Shown: positions 28,055 to 39,976 of the stretch, piece by piece | Layout: each line of letters starts with the position of its first letter | Numbering within the stretch: the stretch's first letter is position 1 | From: the human T2T-CHM13v2.0 reference genome, Homo sapiens | Length of the DNA: 64,000 nucleotides | Assembly (NCBI RefSeq): GCF_009914755.1 | Contig: NC_060926.1 | Reading direction: 5' to 3' (one strand) | Notes under the pieces: model-generated | Told to the model about the DNA's origin: nothing | The model's input: only the letters and a program-made list of their open reading frames with translations | The model's database searches: none | Program-made: the position numbers and the translations under genes

Positions 28055-29249
28055 TTTCTCTAACTCAGTGAACTTTAGACATAATAAGAAGTTTTATGTT
28101 TGTGACAGAATAAAATAAAATATATGGACCCACAATCTGAAAAATTGATTTTGCATTTCAGCCAAGCATGGACTAGCTGTGTGACCCTGGACAAGTCCCC
28201 TAACCTCTCTGAGCCCGGGTCCCCTGACCTAGGTGTGGAGTTAATCTGCTAGTCTTGCTGTTCTGCTCAAGTCTGTGCAGCCCACACTGGTGCTCAGTCT
28301 GGAAACCCAGCAGTGAGTCTGGGGATGAAGGACAGAGTCCTTTTCCAGGCCCTATCAGCTCCTTCTCCCCTAAGACTAGCTCCTGCTTCTCACTGTTCCT
28401 GCCTCACTTCAGAACGAACTCCCCAGTGGAAGATCCAATGTCCCCACCCTGAGGATGAAAATGCTTTCAGGCCAAGTTCTCATATCAGGCTCTAGCTCCC
28501 GGGCCAGCAGCCTGTTCAGCCTGCACTTTGTTTGGGACAGTTGTCCAGCCTTGGGGCAGGGGCACCACTCCTGCCTGGTACTCTTTTCTCTGTCACACTT
28601 TGGCTTTCTTCCTACTGGCCATGGTGCTGGCCAGGAATGTGTTATTTAGGGCATGTCCCAGTGTTGCTGTGACAATGAGGCAGTGACAGTGTGAACATGG
28701 AAGCATTCCAGGGTTTACTGAATAAACTCTAATCTCCTTATCCTGAATTCAAGACTTTGCCACAACATGTCCCCAAGTTATCTTCCAGAGTATTCTCCTC
28801 CATTCCTCCCCTCCATCATTCTACACCCTAAGTAAATTGGGCTTACTCCTATAAAACACTGGCTCTTCTATCTCCTGATATTTCCTTATGCTCTTCCCTC
28901 AACTTGAAATGCCTACTACCTGGTAAAATCCTACGTGCCCCACTCGCCAGCACACTAACTGCAGCCCACGCCATCTCCTTCAAGAAGCCTCTGCCTCCCA
29001 GCCACGTGTAAATTCCTTCTCCTTCACAGGCCAGCCTAATGCTATTTTGTCTTTTTCACAGGACAGCTCCTAACTCCTGTGCTGTGCTGCATGGCTAAGA
29101 TGGAAATAACTACACCCAAACCAGGGACAGGGCAGGAGCTGGGTGCCTGAACACTGAGGGCAGGAAATTCGTGTATTAATTCCAAGAGCAAGGGTATGGC
29201 CTTAGCGCAATCCACATTTGAGCATCAGGAATTGGTCTCATGTCCATTT

Positions 29250-29391
29250 CTCCCACTAGGCCATGAGCTCCTAGGGAGTGGAGACTAGTTCCTAACACAG
29301 GACTTGGCATATGGCAATTGCTCAATAAATGTGTGGAGTAAAGGAATGAGCAAATGAGTGAGTGAATGAATGAATGAATGAATGAATGAAA
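29250..29391 (+). mobile_element. L2 3' terminus with (TGAA)n tail
   Basis: ttggcatatggcaattgctcaataaatgtgtgg...gaatgaatgaatgaatgaatgaatgaa. Confidence 0.8.
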
Positions 29392-30810
29392 TGTACAATG
29401 CAAGGTCAACGTTAGCAGGAATTCACTAGGAAACAAGGTGCAAGAAAATAAATTAGCTAAGGCAGTTTAGATGAATTCTCATCAGTGTTGTTGACTGGTC
29501 CCCTTTTGAAGTCTGAGGAGTTACCCCTTCGGGAAATCTCCCTGAAACTCAAAAAAACAGGCACTCAAAGAACACAGGAGGGGCCTGCAGGCTCAGGATT
29601 CAAGGAAATCAGGAGATCAAGACTGGGGAGGAATCCTGACCCAGAGGCCCTTGCTAACTCCTGTGCTTTGCTACGTGGCCAAGACAAAAATAACTACACA
29701 GAAAACAGACAGGGCAGGAGCCCCTGTGGCCGTTCCTCCCCTCTTACCCTGGCAAGATGGTACTGCAAACTGCCCCGGGCTGTGGACACAGTTCTGCTAC
29801 AGAGCCACTTCCAGGATGTCCTGCAACTCTTCCTGCTCTTCCCTTCCTCCCCCAGAGGAGGAGATGCTCTGGAGTGAACCCAGAGATCAAACTCAGATGC
29901 TCTGGAGTGAAGGCACTTAGGCCCACTATCAACAGGCTCACATCCTGTATTGAAAAGTGGCACATGGGGGACCAGAATGTCACAGACGGGGAGAGCTTGT
30001 TTGCAAAAGCTAAGTATCTGTGATGGGCTCCCCCTCCCCTCCCCTCAGCCTTGGTGTGGAATCACTAACGCTGTGCTGAGCTAGTGGAATAGCCTTGACT
30101 CTGAGGGAATATGAACATTTTTTATGCTTTGCCATTCCAGCTGTAAAGATTTTTATCCTATTACTGCTAAGTGACGAGTACAAGGAGAGAAATGATGATG
30201 ATCTTTGGCAGCCATTCCAACCGAGTAAGTAGAAGGAGGGAGAAATGCTACGAGAGGCTGGGCCACTGCCCCTTCATTTCCCAGGAGGAAAAGGAGCCAA
30301 GGAAAAATGTCTTCCTGGTGGGATGTATCAAAGTGTAGAATTTTCCCTACAGGCAAGTGATGGGCGCCCCACTGTCTGAGCCATTTAGCACCGCACTGGA
30401 CAAAGGCTGGGAGAATATGTGGAAGAAAACACACAGACCCAGCCAGGCCAGGCAGAGGTGACCCAATGAGGCTTCCCCGGCTAGAGTTTCCAGCCCATGG
30501 CTCACGAGCTCAGTCCACCCTGAATCTGCTCCCTGAAATCAAAGCAACCCCATAATAGGCGCTGCTAGCAAGAACATACATATGCTTTATCAAAATATTC
30601 CCTCCCTCCTGGAGGGGTGTGTCTCTATTTGTGGCTGCTTGTCTGCCAGATGTTTTATGTACCACTTGGATAATGGCAAATCCAGCTGTTGTCACCAGAA
30701 TGGGGTGATGGGATGGAAGTGGGATGACTCGAAAATGAGGACTACTTGTTGAACCGGTCAATGCTTTATGTATTGAAATGTAATTGTGGCTAATAGTTCT
30801 CTATTGTATT

Positions 30811-30879
30811 AAAATGTAATTGTGGTTTTTTCCACTAAAGGTAATGGCAAAAAACGCAATTACTTTTGCACCAACCTAA
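30811..30879. mobile_element. MADE1 (Hsmar1-derived MITE), left TIR truncated
   Basis: gtaattgtggtttttt...aatggcaaaaaacgcaattacttttgcaccaacctaa matches the MADE1 TIR. Confidence 0.9.
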
Positions 30880-31913
30880 CATATGAACAGCAGAACTCCT
30901 CTGGACAATCATCTCAGACTCACCCCAGCTGGAAGTTGTCTGTTCCTTACAGTGAATTCGTTATTTAAAACACATCACCTACCTCCCACCCCCAGTACAT
31001 GTAGCCCCATTTTATTCATCTTTGTGATCTCACAGGACTTAAGCAGTGACCTGGAAATGAAGTCTCTCCTCTGTGTGAGCAGAATTGTTGACCTCATGAG
31101 GGGAAGTTGGAGCTAGGATGTCCCCAGGCAAGCTCCATGTTTTGTTCGATTGAGGTGAGTGGGGGCCAGTGTATGAGTATATATCTGGAATGAAGAGACC
31201 ATAAATGGAAGAATGCATTCATCTATAATTGTGTGGAGACTTGAGGAATGATGAAGCTTCGAGGTTAGCCAGTCTAACACCTTTATTTCACAGCTGACAA
31301 ACGAGGCTGAGAGGAGCAGGGATGTGCTGAAAGCCACTCAGGGGTACCTTGTTCTTGCCTTGTCACCTAGCCTGAGACTAGGGATGAAAGGACAAGGTTG
31401 CAGCAGAGACATGCATGTCTACAGGCTGACGACATTGGTTTCCATCTCAACAGTGAAGATCACATCAAATGCATGTAAGGGGTGAGGTGGGCATGGGAAG
31501 GTTGCTAAGCCCAAGCATGAATGAGTAGGGCATGCCTGCGAAGCTGTAGAACTTACCTTTTGAGCCATACTGGATGTAGCATCACTCAGTGCCCACTGCC
31601 AAGGACCCTGGAAATCCTGAGAAAGGCTCAAAGCCTGCCCCTGTCTTAGCTTCTTCTACTCCTGCCCTCTGCCATCTCACACTCCACATAGACTGGACTG
31701 TCTCTCGTAAAATACCGTGGACTTCACAGGCGAAGAACCAAAAGAAAAATGGCTACTCGCTTCCATTCCAGATACGGAAATTAAGCCCCCAGGCCTCTCT
31801 GGGCTTCTTTTATCACATGGTGCCCTGCATGGCTTGCTTGTAAGGGGTCCACACCGCCGGTGCATCTGGGGATTCAATCAGCACAGCTGCCTGCTGGGTG
31901 AAACTTCTACAGC

Positions 31914-31952
31914 CTTCCTCCTCCCTCCCCCTCCTCCCCCTCCTCCCCCACC
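31914..31952. repeat. C/T-rich low-complexity tract (G-rich on the GALNT14 sense strand)
   Basis: ccttcctcctccctccccctcctccccctcctcccccacc. Confidence 0.85.
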
Positions 31953-32912
31953 TGCTGCCTCCCACATCATGCGGCATCTTCAGATTCCTGAGCTGCTCAC
32001 CCCAACACCCGCCCTCCTGGCAGCACTTGCTCTAATGCTCAGCTAATAGTTCTCTGTTTCAGGCACTGTCCAAACGCATCCTATAAATCAGAATCCAATT
32101 ACTGTGGTAAGAAAATTGGAAGCAAATTTAATAAGCTCAGACCCCTCCCACATGCGGTTTCTTCACCCTTCTTTTTTCAGTAACGAGAACTCTTTAAGGG
32201 AAAAGCATTTTTCCTTTAACTCAGAGTCTATTCTCCTGATTCCTTCTACAAGGCCCCTGAGGATCGAAGGGTGAGGAGAAGGGGCTTCCTTTAGCTCCTC
32301 TTTTCCTTGCTACACGTAAAGCAGGTGGGAGAGGGTGGTCAATTGCTTTTCCAGGGTTACCCTCCCTTTCATTTGTTCAACATTTATTGAATTCCTATCA
32401 CACACAAGGAAAGCACTGTAGGAGATGCTCAACATGTTACTCACCCCAGAGGGCAACTGATATCAGTAGGACCTTAGCTGCAAGGCATGATGGGAACACA
32501 AAGGAGGCCCACCAGGGGCAAAGACTGTATCAATATGATTGGGTGTCCTCAAGGAACCAGAAGTCCAGAGTGGGCCAATGGCGATGGGGCCAGGAGTGAC
32601 CCCACAGTAGGAGCTTCTCGGTAGAGGTGATGCCAATTGCTAGGAGGATGGCAGGACATGGAGCCTGTGAATGAAGAACTGGGAAAGGAGGGAGGAGCAA
32701 GAAGGAACCAGAGAGGCCAAAGTCTCCGCAGAGCCCGAGACAGAAGTCATGTCAGTGGAGAAATGGAGAGGGCTGTAGTGTGTGGGGGAGGTGGTGGCCT
32801 TATTGCAGGGCCTCTACTCTCGACTCAGACCCTCAGCCTTTTGGCTGCACCAGTCCTACCTATGAACTTCACCTGGGCCACAAAAATAAGCCACAGGTAC
32901 AGGCTGATGCTC

Positions 32913-33422
32913 TGTGGTTTCTAAACTTGAGCCGGCATCAGAATCACCTGTAGCTCTTGCCGAGACACAATCAGTTCAGATCGCTAAACTCCACCCCCAG
33001 AGTTTCTGATCCAGTAGTTCTGGGTGAAACCTAAGAGTTTGTGTTTCTAACAAGTTCCCAAGTGAAGCTGATGCTGGTGGCCTGCTGGTTTGGGGAACCA
33101 GAATTTGAGAATAGTTGTTCTAAGTCCCTGCTATTCAAAGTGTGATCCGTGGACTAGCGGCGTTGGTATGACCTGGGAGCTTGTTAGAAATGTGGACTCA
33201 CGGGCCCCATCTCAGACGTACTAAATCAGATTTTAACAAGATCCTCAGAGGGGTTCTTTGTTTGCCTATTTAAGTTTAAGAAGCGCTTACCTAGAGCAGT
33301 GGTTCTTAACCCTGGCTGGGGAGCTTAGAAAAGAGATACTTCAGCTGGTTGGAGTCTGGATATCAGCATTGAAAGAAAGCACCACAAGTGATTCTTGTAA
33401 GAAGCCTGGATTGAGAAATGCT
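32913..33422. mobile_element. Cluster of about three abutting MER5A/MER5B-type MITEs
   Basis: gcatcagaatcacctg...tttctaacaagttccca; acctgggagcttgttagaaatg...ttttaacaagatcc; cagtggttcttaaccctggc. Confidence 0.8.
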
Positions 33423-33758
33423 ATGACCGATGCTAAGGACCAGCACCCCACACTCATGGGGATTTGACACCACTCACTTCCACTTCTCTGGCATTGAACC
33501 TGACCTTGAAACCCACCTCTGTTCTCCTCTGCCCCCCTCACCATCCCTGACAACTTAGTGATCTTAATGCTCTTTCCTGGTACTTGGGGTATAGATGTGT
33601 GCTCCGTTTGGGGGTTTAGTTGCATCTCTTGCCTGATCATCTTGAGTTTTCTCACAGAAACCTCTCCTTCCATTCCTGGCCCTTCAGTATCAGCCTACCC
33701 ACATACCCTGTAATAATAGCAACAACTAGAATTTGAAAAATATTTACTATTAGGTAGG

Positions 33759-33767
<9 letters not shown>

Positions 33768-33799
<32 letters not shown>

Positions 33800-33942
33800 T
33801 ATATATTAGTAGATATATAAAAATATATATTAGTATATATAAAAATATATATATTAGTATATATTAAAATATATATATTAGTATATATAAAAAATATATA
33901 TTAGTATATATATAAATATATATATTAGTATATATATATATT
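33768..33942. repeat. AT-rich compound repeat: (TA)13 plus six ~24-bp units (aaaatatatatattagtatatat)
   Basis: ttagt recurs six times with ~24-bp period; embedded in a MIR (about 33740-34130, minus). Confidence 0.92.
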
Positions 33943-34259
33943 ATTTGATCTTTATAAAAACTGAATTAGGTAGGATCATTATTGTGATTTTTACCCCTAT
34001 TTTCCAAAAGAGGAAACTGAGGTACAGAGAAGCTAGGCAACTTTAAGTTTACTCCTAGTCAGCAGCACAACCAGGACTGTAAACAGGGCAATCTGATCCC
34101 AGGATCAGTATCCTTAGCCCCTGGGCTATTACTGCCTTCCATTCAACTCTGCTTTTAAAAAGAAGGCTTGGCCTTGTCCTGTTGCTGGTGATGGGGTTGA
34201 TAAAGCATATTTACATTTCATTTTTGAGAACTTAGGTAAAAAGCAGAGGTGGATTCACA

Positions 34260-34468
34260 GCAGAGATCTTCACTGCAATTTCGCCTCAAGGGGATGTCTA
34301 TGGCAAGGTGGGGAGACATAGCTGGTTGTCACAACTTGGGGAATGTGCTACTGGCATCTAGTAGGTAGAAGCCAGGGATGCTGCTGAACAACCTACAATG
34401 CACAGGACACCCTGCAACAAAGTATTATCTACCCCCAAATTTCAGTAGTGCTGCAGAGAATCCCTGGT
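34260..34468. mobile_element. MER20 DNA transposon
   Basis: ggttgtcacaacttgggg...tgctactggcatctagtaggtagaagccagggatgctgctgaacaacctacaatgcacaggac. Confidence 0.88.
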
Positions 34469-37048
34469 CCCCAGAACACAGGTCACCAGCAGCATTAGCT
34501 GTTCAGTTCTGAGGCAGACAGGGCCCAAAAGGCCCCAGGGCCCTGTCAGCCCAGACAGGCAAGCTCCAGGAATTGCATCAGGATGAAGCCGGGACACAGT
34601 GGGGAGGCTGGAATCACAGAAGGATTAAGAGACATAGCTGATGACTCCAACCTAGAGTCAGGGTTTCCCTGAGAACTAAGAGCTGGAAGTGTGAGATGAG
34701 ATCCTATAGACGGAAGGGCCCAGTTGAAAGAAGAAAACAGGGCTTTGCTGGCAGTCTTTGGAGCTCTCATCACCACAAGGGTGACACCAGTATGGTGACT
34801 AAACTTGGCTTGGAGATTGCTGATCCAGTTGGTGGCCCCTCACAGTGCTAGCCTGGGGCTTTGCACATAGTAGGTGATCTATATCCCTAGATGGCTGCTG
34901 GTCCCATGTGCTTGCCCTCATTCTCAATCACCTGACCTTTCCTTTTCATGCACATTCAGAGTAAGTTCTTTAAGTGTGAAATTCTCTGAGTAACACAATC
35001 CCAGCTCCCACAGGGCAAGGCTCGTGCCCTGAGGCAGACATATGGCTGATACACTTTCCCTTTTTGTCTTCCCAAAGGGAGTCTAAATTCTGTCTAAATC
35101 CTCTCTTCCCTTCTTGCTGTAATCCCAGCAGATCACACTTTCTTAACAGACGGAACACACTGGGCTAGGTGCAAAGCCCGGAACTGGACACCGTGAGCTG
35201 GGCTCCTTGGAAACAGGCTCAGTTCTTCATCACCTACCACCACATATGCCTAGCTCTTGCAAAATGTTAGTTTCTGCCTCTAAATGGTAGAAGAAGTTAA
35301 GTGTAGAAACTAGTCCTGCTCAGGGTATCCCCAAGTACCTGCCTGCTCAGTGAATTACTTGTTGCCTTCTTTCTGCAGGTGGGAGCAGTCACAGGTGTCT
35401 CTCGGGGGGCTGTCATCCAGGTGCGCCAGCAACTTTCCTGGCTAGGAGAACTCCCTTTGTCCCTCAAGAAAGCCCTGGCCTCTGGACTCAGGACAAGGGT
35501 CCACCTGCCTAAGACCCAGCGGAGCTTCTCAGGTTCCTGTCTCCTGTCTCCTCCCTCTTCCCCTCTCTCCTATCTGCAGTTTCTGCTCGGGGAAATACAA
35601 TAACCTAATATTTAAATAAAATTCTCTCAGATGCCAAGGAGTAGGACAAGTGCCCAGGAATTTAAACAGGAATAATACAAGACTCTGATTTTCAGACACT
35701 TTCAGGCCAGTAGAAGGGAGTAAGCAGGTATAGCCCACGCTCTGGGTCTTTGGCAGTAGGGGACTGCCAGGAACTGCTGCTAAGGCAGAGCCTCATGGGT
35801 CCCTCGAGGGGAGAGTTAAATTCACAGAAAGTCAGAGTTAGAAGAAGCTGTAATATCATCTAGTTCACCCCCCTTGCTATATTCATAGGGAAACCAATAC
35901 TTCAGCTGCTTTTGGCAATGATGGGGATTAACAAGGACTGGTTGAGTCACTCCAAAGCATACATGCTGTTTAGAAGACAAGGTTTCCAAGTAGTGCAACC
36001 TAGTTGGGGAAATGGAGTCCGCCAGCCTTCACAGGGTACCATCTTAAGAACTGCCAGAGGAATCAGCCTCATAAGTCATGAAAATGCCTGCTCTACTGCT
36101 CATAAACCCCAGTTTCCACAATGTGAGTACCCACAGACCCAAACAAATATAAGAGGCTAAGAAGCTAACACCAGTACCACAGCTTCTCAGCATGCCAGTC
36201 TGCTATTTAAGACTGGTGCAAAGTCAATTTCCTGCAGCAGACAAGAAAGGCCCACACAGGTCTTTGGCATTTCTGGGCCCCCAGTTTGGAGGCCAGGAGC
36301 CCGGGAGTGGAGGAGCTGAGATTGAGACTGACCTGCTTACTAGGTCTTACCAGGGAGCATAAGGGCTGCTATGACTCTATAAAGGGTCGGTCGTGAGGCA
36401 GAAAGTCTTCACAAAGCCTCTGCTTGCTAGGAAACAAAACTTTCTACGTAGCTCCAGGCCTGATCTCTGCAACCCACTGAAGGCATGGCCTGACTAAAGG
36501 CTGGCAGGATGGAGCTGTGTGAATGAGCCCCTCCAAAGGCAGACAGAAGAACCAATGGCAAGCTGGCTCCTCTTCTCACATGGTGAAATGTCCAACGGCT
36601 GGCACTGGAAGGCTCTCTCCCAGTCACAGAAAACACCGCCCACCTACCTGCCCCAGGGTCCAATCATCCTGCCTTCCCCTACTTTGGAACCCAGCCTCGG
36701 GTGTGGGAATCTGCCAGGGAAAAACAGGCCTTGGCTGTAGTGTTTTTGGTGCTCTATGGGTTCGTGTCAAATGATCCCTAAGGTGAGGAGCAGGTTAAAG
36801 TGAAAGAGGCCACCCCTGCCCCCAGCCTCCTGGTGGGACCTGCGGGGTTTGGGATTGCTCTCAGCAGTAAGCAGTAGGCAACACAGCCAGGGTCAATCAC
36901 CAAATCCGAATCCCTTTAGTGTTCAACTGGCAGCAGATGGTCCAGCCCGGTTCTTAGCACTGGTGCTGCATACAGCAGGCCCCAGATCAAGCCTGCTGTT
37001 GATCTCTTTTGACTGCGGGGGTAACAGAGTGGGAGAAGGAGGAAGTAC

Positions 37049-37218
37049 CTCAGATGGCGAGTGTCCGGGATGGCCCGATTGCTGGAGATCCGCTCACTCT
37101 CCCGCTGGTTGAAAGCATACAGCTTATAGGGGTCGTCACCAACGCGCCACTTTTTGGCATTCAGATACCGCCGCTCATCAAACTGGTCCCACAGGTCGTC
37201 CCAGTCAGCGTCCGAAGG
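37049..37218 (-). CDS. GALNT14: GALNT14 coding exon 2 (170 nt, phase 0 to 2), stem region
   Basis: Minus strand: tcacgcag|CCTTCGGAC...CATCTGAG|gtactt. Translates [56 protein letters not shown](R), containing the ppGalNAc-T FN..S..I...R.IPDTR motif. Confidence 0.97.
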
Positions 37219-37399
37219 CTGCGTGACACGAATGGGAAGTCTGTGAGAACGGCTCCCTGTCCTCCACTAGCCCCCGTCTGCCTATCAGTACCCAACCCCA
37301 GAGACCAGGCTTATTCTGGCAAGGTTTGGCTCAAAGATGGGGTCAGAAGCAGAACATAAACTAAACCATCAGCAACAATAAAAACAGAACTATGACAAC

Positions 37400-37625
37400 G
37401 ATGGCTGCCACCATTTTCTGAGCACTTCTATATACTGGGTGCTGTTCTAGGATCTTGACTCACATTACTTCATGTAGTTCTCAGAGCAATTCTATGAGAG
37501 GGATGCTGTGCATACCCTTATTATACAGATGAGATAACAGCCTGGAGAGGTAAGTACCTTGCCCAAGATCCCACAGTTAGGAAATGGCAGAACTGGAACT
37601 TCAATTCTAGTATCCCAACCCCAGA
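37400..37625 (-). mobile_element. MIR SINE upstream (in transcript) of exon 2
   Basis: acagatgagataacagcctggagaggtaagtaccttgcccaagatcccacagttaggaaatggcagaactgg. Confidence 0.8.
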
Positions 37626-39375
37626 GGCCATCTCTCCAGGGCAATCTGAGAATACCTGGTATGAAAGTGCTTGCCCCATGGCTGGCACAGAGTTTCATGA
37701 ATGACTGTCATTCCTCCTCTGCTGTAGAAGGGCCAGCGATGGGAAGGAAGGAGGAGTTCCGTCTACAGTGGTGTGCTACTCACCACCACCCTATCTGTTC
37801 CTTTCTTCCTCCTACCCAGGAATCTGGTATTTTTAAGAAGCATCAATGGGGGAGTGAGTAACAACCCTCACCGTACATGGATAGAGCACTTCAGAATTGT
37901 AAGGTGGCTTCTGTATTCATGATCTCATTTCATCTTCACCCAAACCTTCTGAACTGAGTAGGGAAGATGAAGTTCCAAAAGGTTGACTGGCTTGTCTGAG
38001 GTCACACAGGTGGGAAGGGGCAGAGCTCAAAGCAGAGCTCAGTCTCTGTGGCCCCTCCAGCAGAGGAGGCAAGGGAATGCCTCCTAGCCACAGCCCAGGC
38101 TGCCTAGTGTGGGTCTGCCCTGCCCACACCGGTTCCACAGCCAACAGACTGTCCACATAGCTAGCAGGAGGTGTGGACTTCAAGGCCTTGAGAAGCTGGA
38201 CACTTAAATTTGGTGGTCACTTCCCAATGCATGTTAGCACTCTCACCCCTGGGGAGGAGCTGGTCTGTATCTAAAACAGCTCAGAACTTTCAAGTTCATA
38301 AAACATAAGACTCTGTGTTTCCAGGAAGAAAGTGCTGATCAGGTTCTGATTGGAACATGAGGGTTGTTGGTATGCTGGGGCTGACATTGTCCCTGAGGGT
38401 GGGATGCTCATTCATGTGTTACTGAACCCAGTGGCCGTGCAAGTGTCTCAAGCTGCATGGGTACTAACTAAGGGCACTGAGCTGAGAGCTGCCCATCCCA
38501 TTACTGAGTAGAATGCACCTCCTGCACTCGGGAAACCTGACCAGGGTGGCCCAGGGCAGGCTCCACAGACAGCAGTGCAGGGGCTTGGCCCACGTGGCAG
38601 GTTAAGAGGGGCTGCTGGCCAGTGTGCATGTTCATCTGGGCACCATGGTGAGCTTATCCAGTAATTGATCTCTCTCTCTCTGTTATCTCCTTTTTAAAAA
38701 CAGCATTCTCCTGCTAATAGCATAAAATGAAGCTTTGGAGACCAGAGATTTTTATCCAATAATTGATTTTATTAATGTCCTGTGATACTGCGGCTACAGA
38801 ACATTCTAGAGGAAATCGGTGGGGGTGAGAAACCCCCAGCCTGTGTTTTGCAATGTCACAGCCTGATAGCTGTGACCTCTGCTTGGAACATCACCCCACG
38901 GTAACCTTGAAATCCCATCCTCATGGGAAGGGCCATAGAACTGTCTCCCACTGGCTTGTTTCCAATTTAATTCATCACAATTTTCTAAATAAGTTGTGAG
39001 CCCTTATGGTGCTCCGAGCTAGAGAAGAGCGATGTGGAGCTGGAAGGCCCCTGCTCTCGAGGGGATTGCAACATTGCAGAGAGACATGCATGGAGATGCC
39101 TGTAACACACCGCAAAGTGAGTTCAATTACATGAGCACGATGACAAGGCTATGAGAGCAGAGGAGTGAGGGGAACTGGGGACAGCTTCTTGAGTAAGGTG
39201 TCAAATGAGTTCGATCTTGAAGGATGAGTAGGGATCTTACTTTGCTTAAGGGAGGATAGAGAGGGAAAATAAGTATGTAGCAAAAAGCCAGATAAAAGGC
39301 AGTATATTAGTCAGGGTCCTCTAGACAAGCAGAACCAATGTTGTGTGTGTGTGTGTGTTCATGTGCATATGTATA

Positions 39376-39680
39376 CAGCCACATATGCATAACAACATTT
39401 CAGTCAATGACAGACTGCATATACGACAGTGGTCCCATATGATTATAATACTGTATGTTTGCTGTACCTTTTCTGTTTTGATATGTTTAGATACACACAT
39501 ACTTACCATTGTGTTACAAATGTCTACAGTATTCGGTGTAGGAACAGCTGTACAAATTTGTATTATAGCCTAGGAGCAACAGGCTATACCTTACAGCCTA
39601 TGTGTGTGGTAGGCTCTACCATCTAGGTTTGTGTAAGTATATCCTATGACATTCACACACAAGGATGAAATTGCTTAATG
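39376..39680. mobile_element. Tigger3a-like MITE (right end missing)
   Basis: TA followed by cagccacatatgcataacaacatttcagtcaatgacagactgcatatacgacagtggtcccata...ccatctaggtttgtgtaagta. Confidence 0.88.
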
Positions 39681-39976
39681 TTTCTTTTTTTAGAGATGGG
39701 GTCTCACTCTGTCACCCAGGCTGGAGTACAGTGGCTCAACCATAGCTTATTGCAGCCTCAAACACCTGGGCTCCAGCGATCCTCCTATCTCAGCTCCCAA
39801 GTAGCTGGGATCACAAGTGTGCACCACCATGCCCAGCTCATTTTTTTACGTTTTATTTTTTGTGGAGACGGGATCTCACTATGTTGCCTAGGCTGGTCTC
39901 GCACTCCTAGCTTCAGGCAATCCTTCCACCTCGGCCTCCCAAAGTGCTGGGATTACAGGGGCCACCATACCTGGGC
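39681..39976 (-). mobile_element. Alu (AluJ-like)
   Basis: catagcttattgcagcctcaaacacctgggctccagcgatcctcc, AluJ-type diagnostics. Confidence 0.92.

Noticed and set aside
32913-33422. Large inverted repeat as a structured ncRNA
   Set aside because: Explained by abutting, oppositely oriented MER5 elements, a common arrangement.
33768-33942. Regularly spaced repeat resembling a CRISPR array
   Set aside because: No unique spacers; it is a simple AT minisatellite in mammalian DNA.
36823-36836. CTCF-like motif (CCACCAGGAGGCTG, minus) near exon 2
   Set aside because: Imperfect match; such hits are frequent by chance.
37009-37359. 116-aa plus-strand ORF
   Set aside because: Antisense shadow of GALNT14 exon 2.
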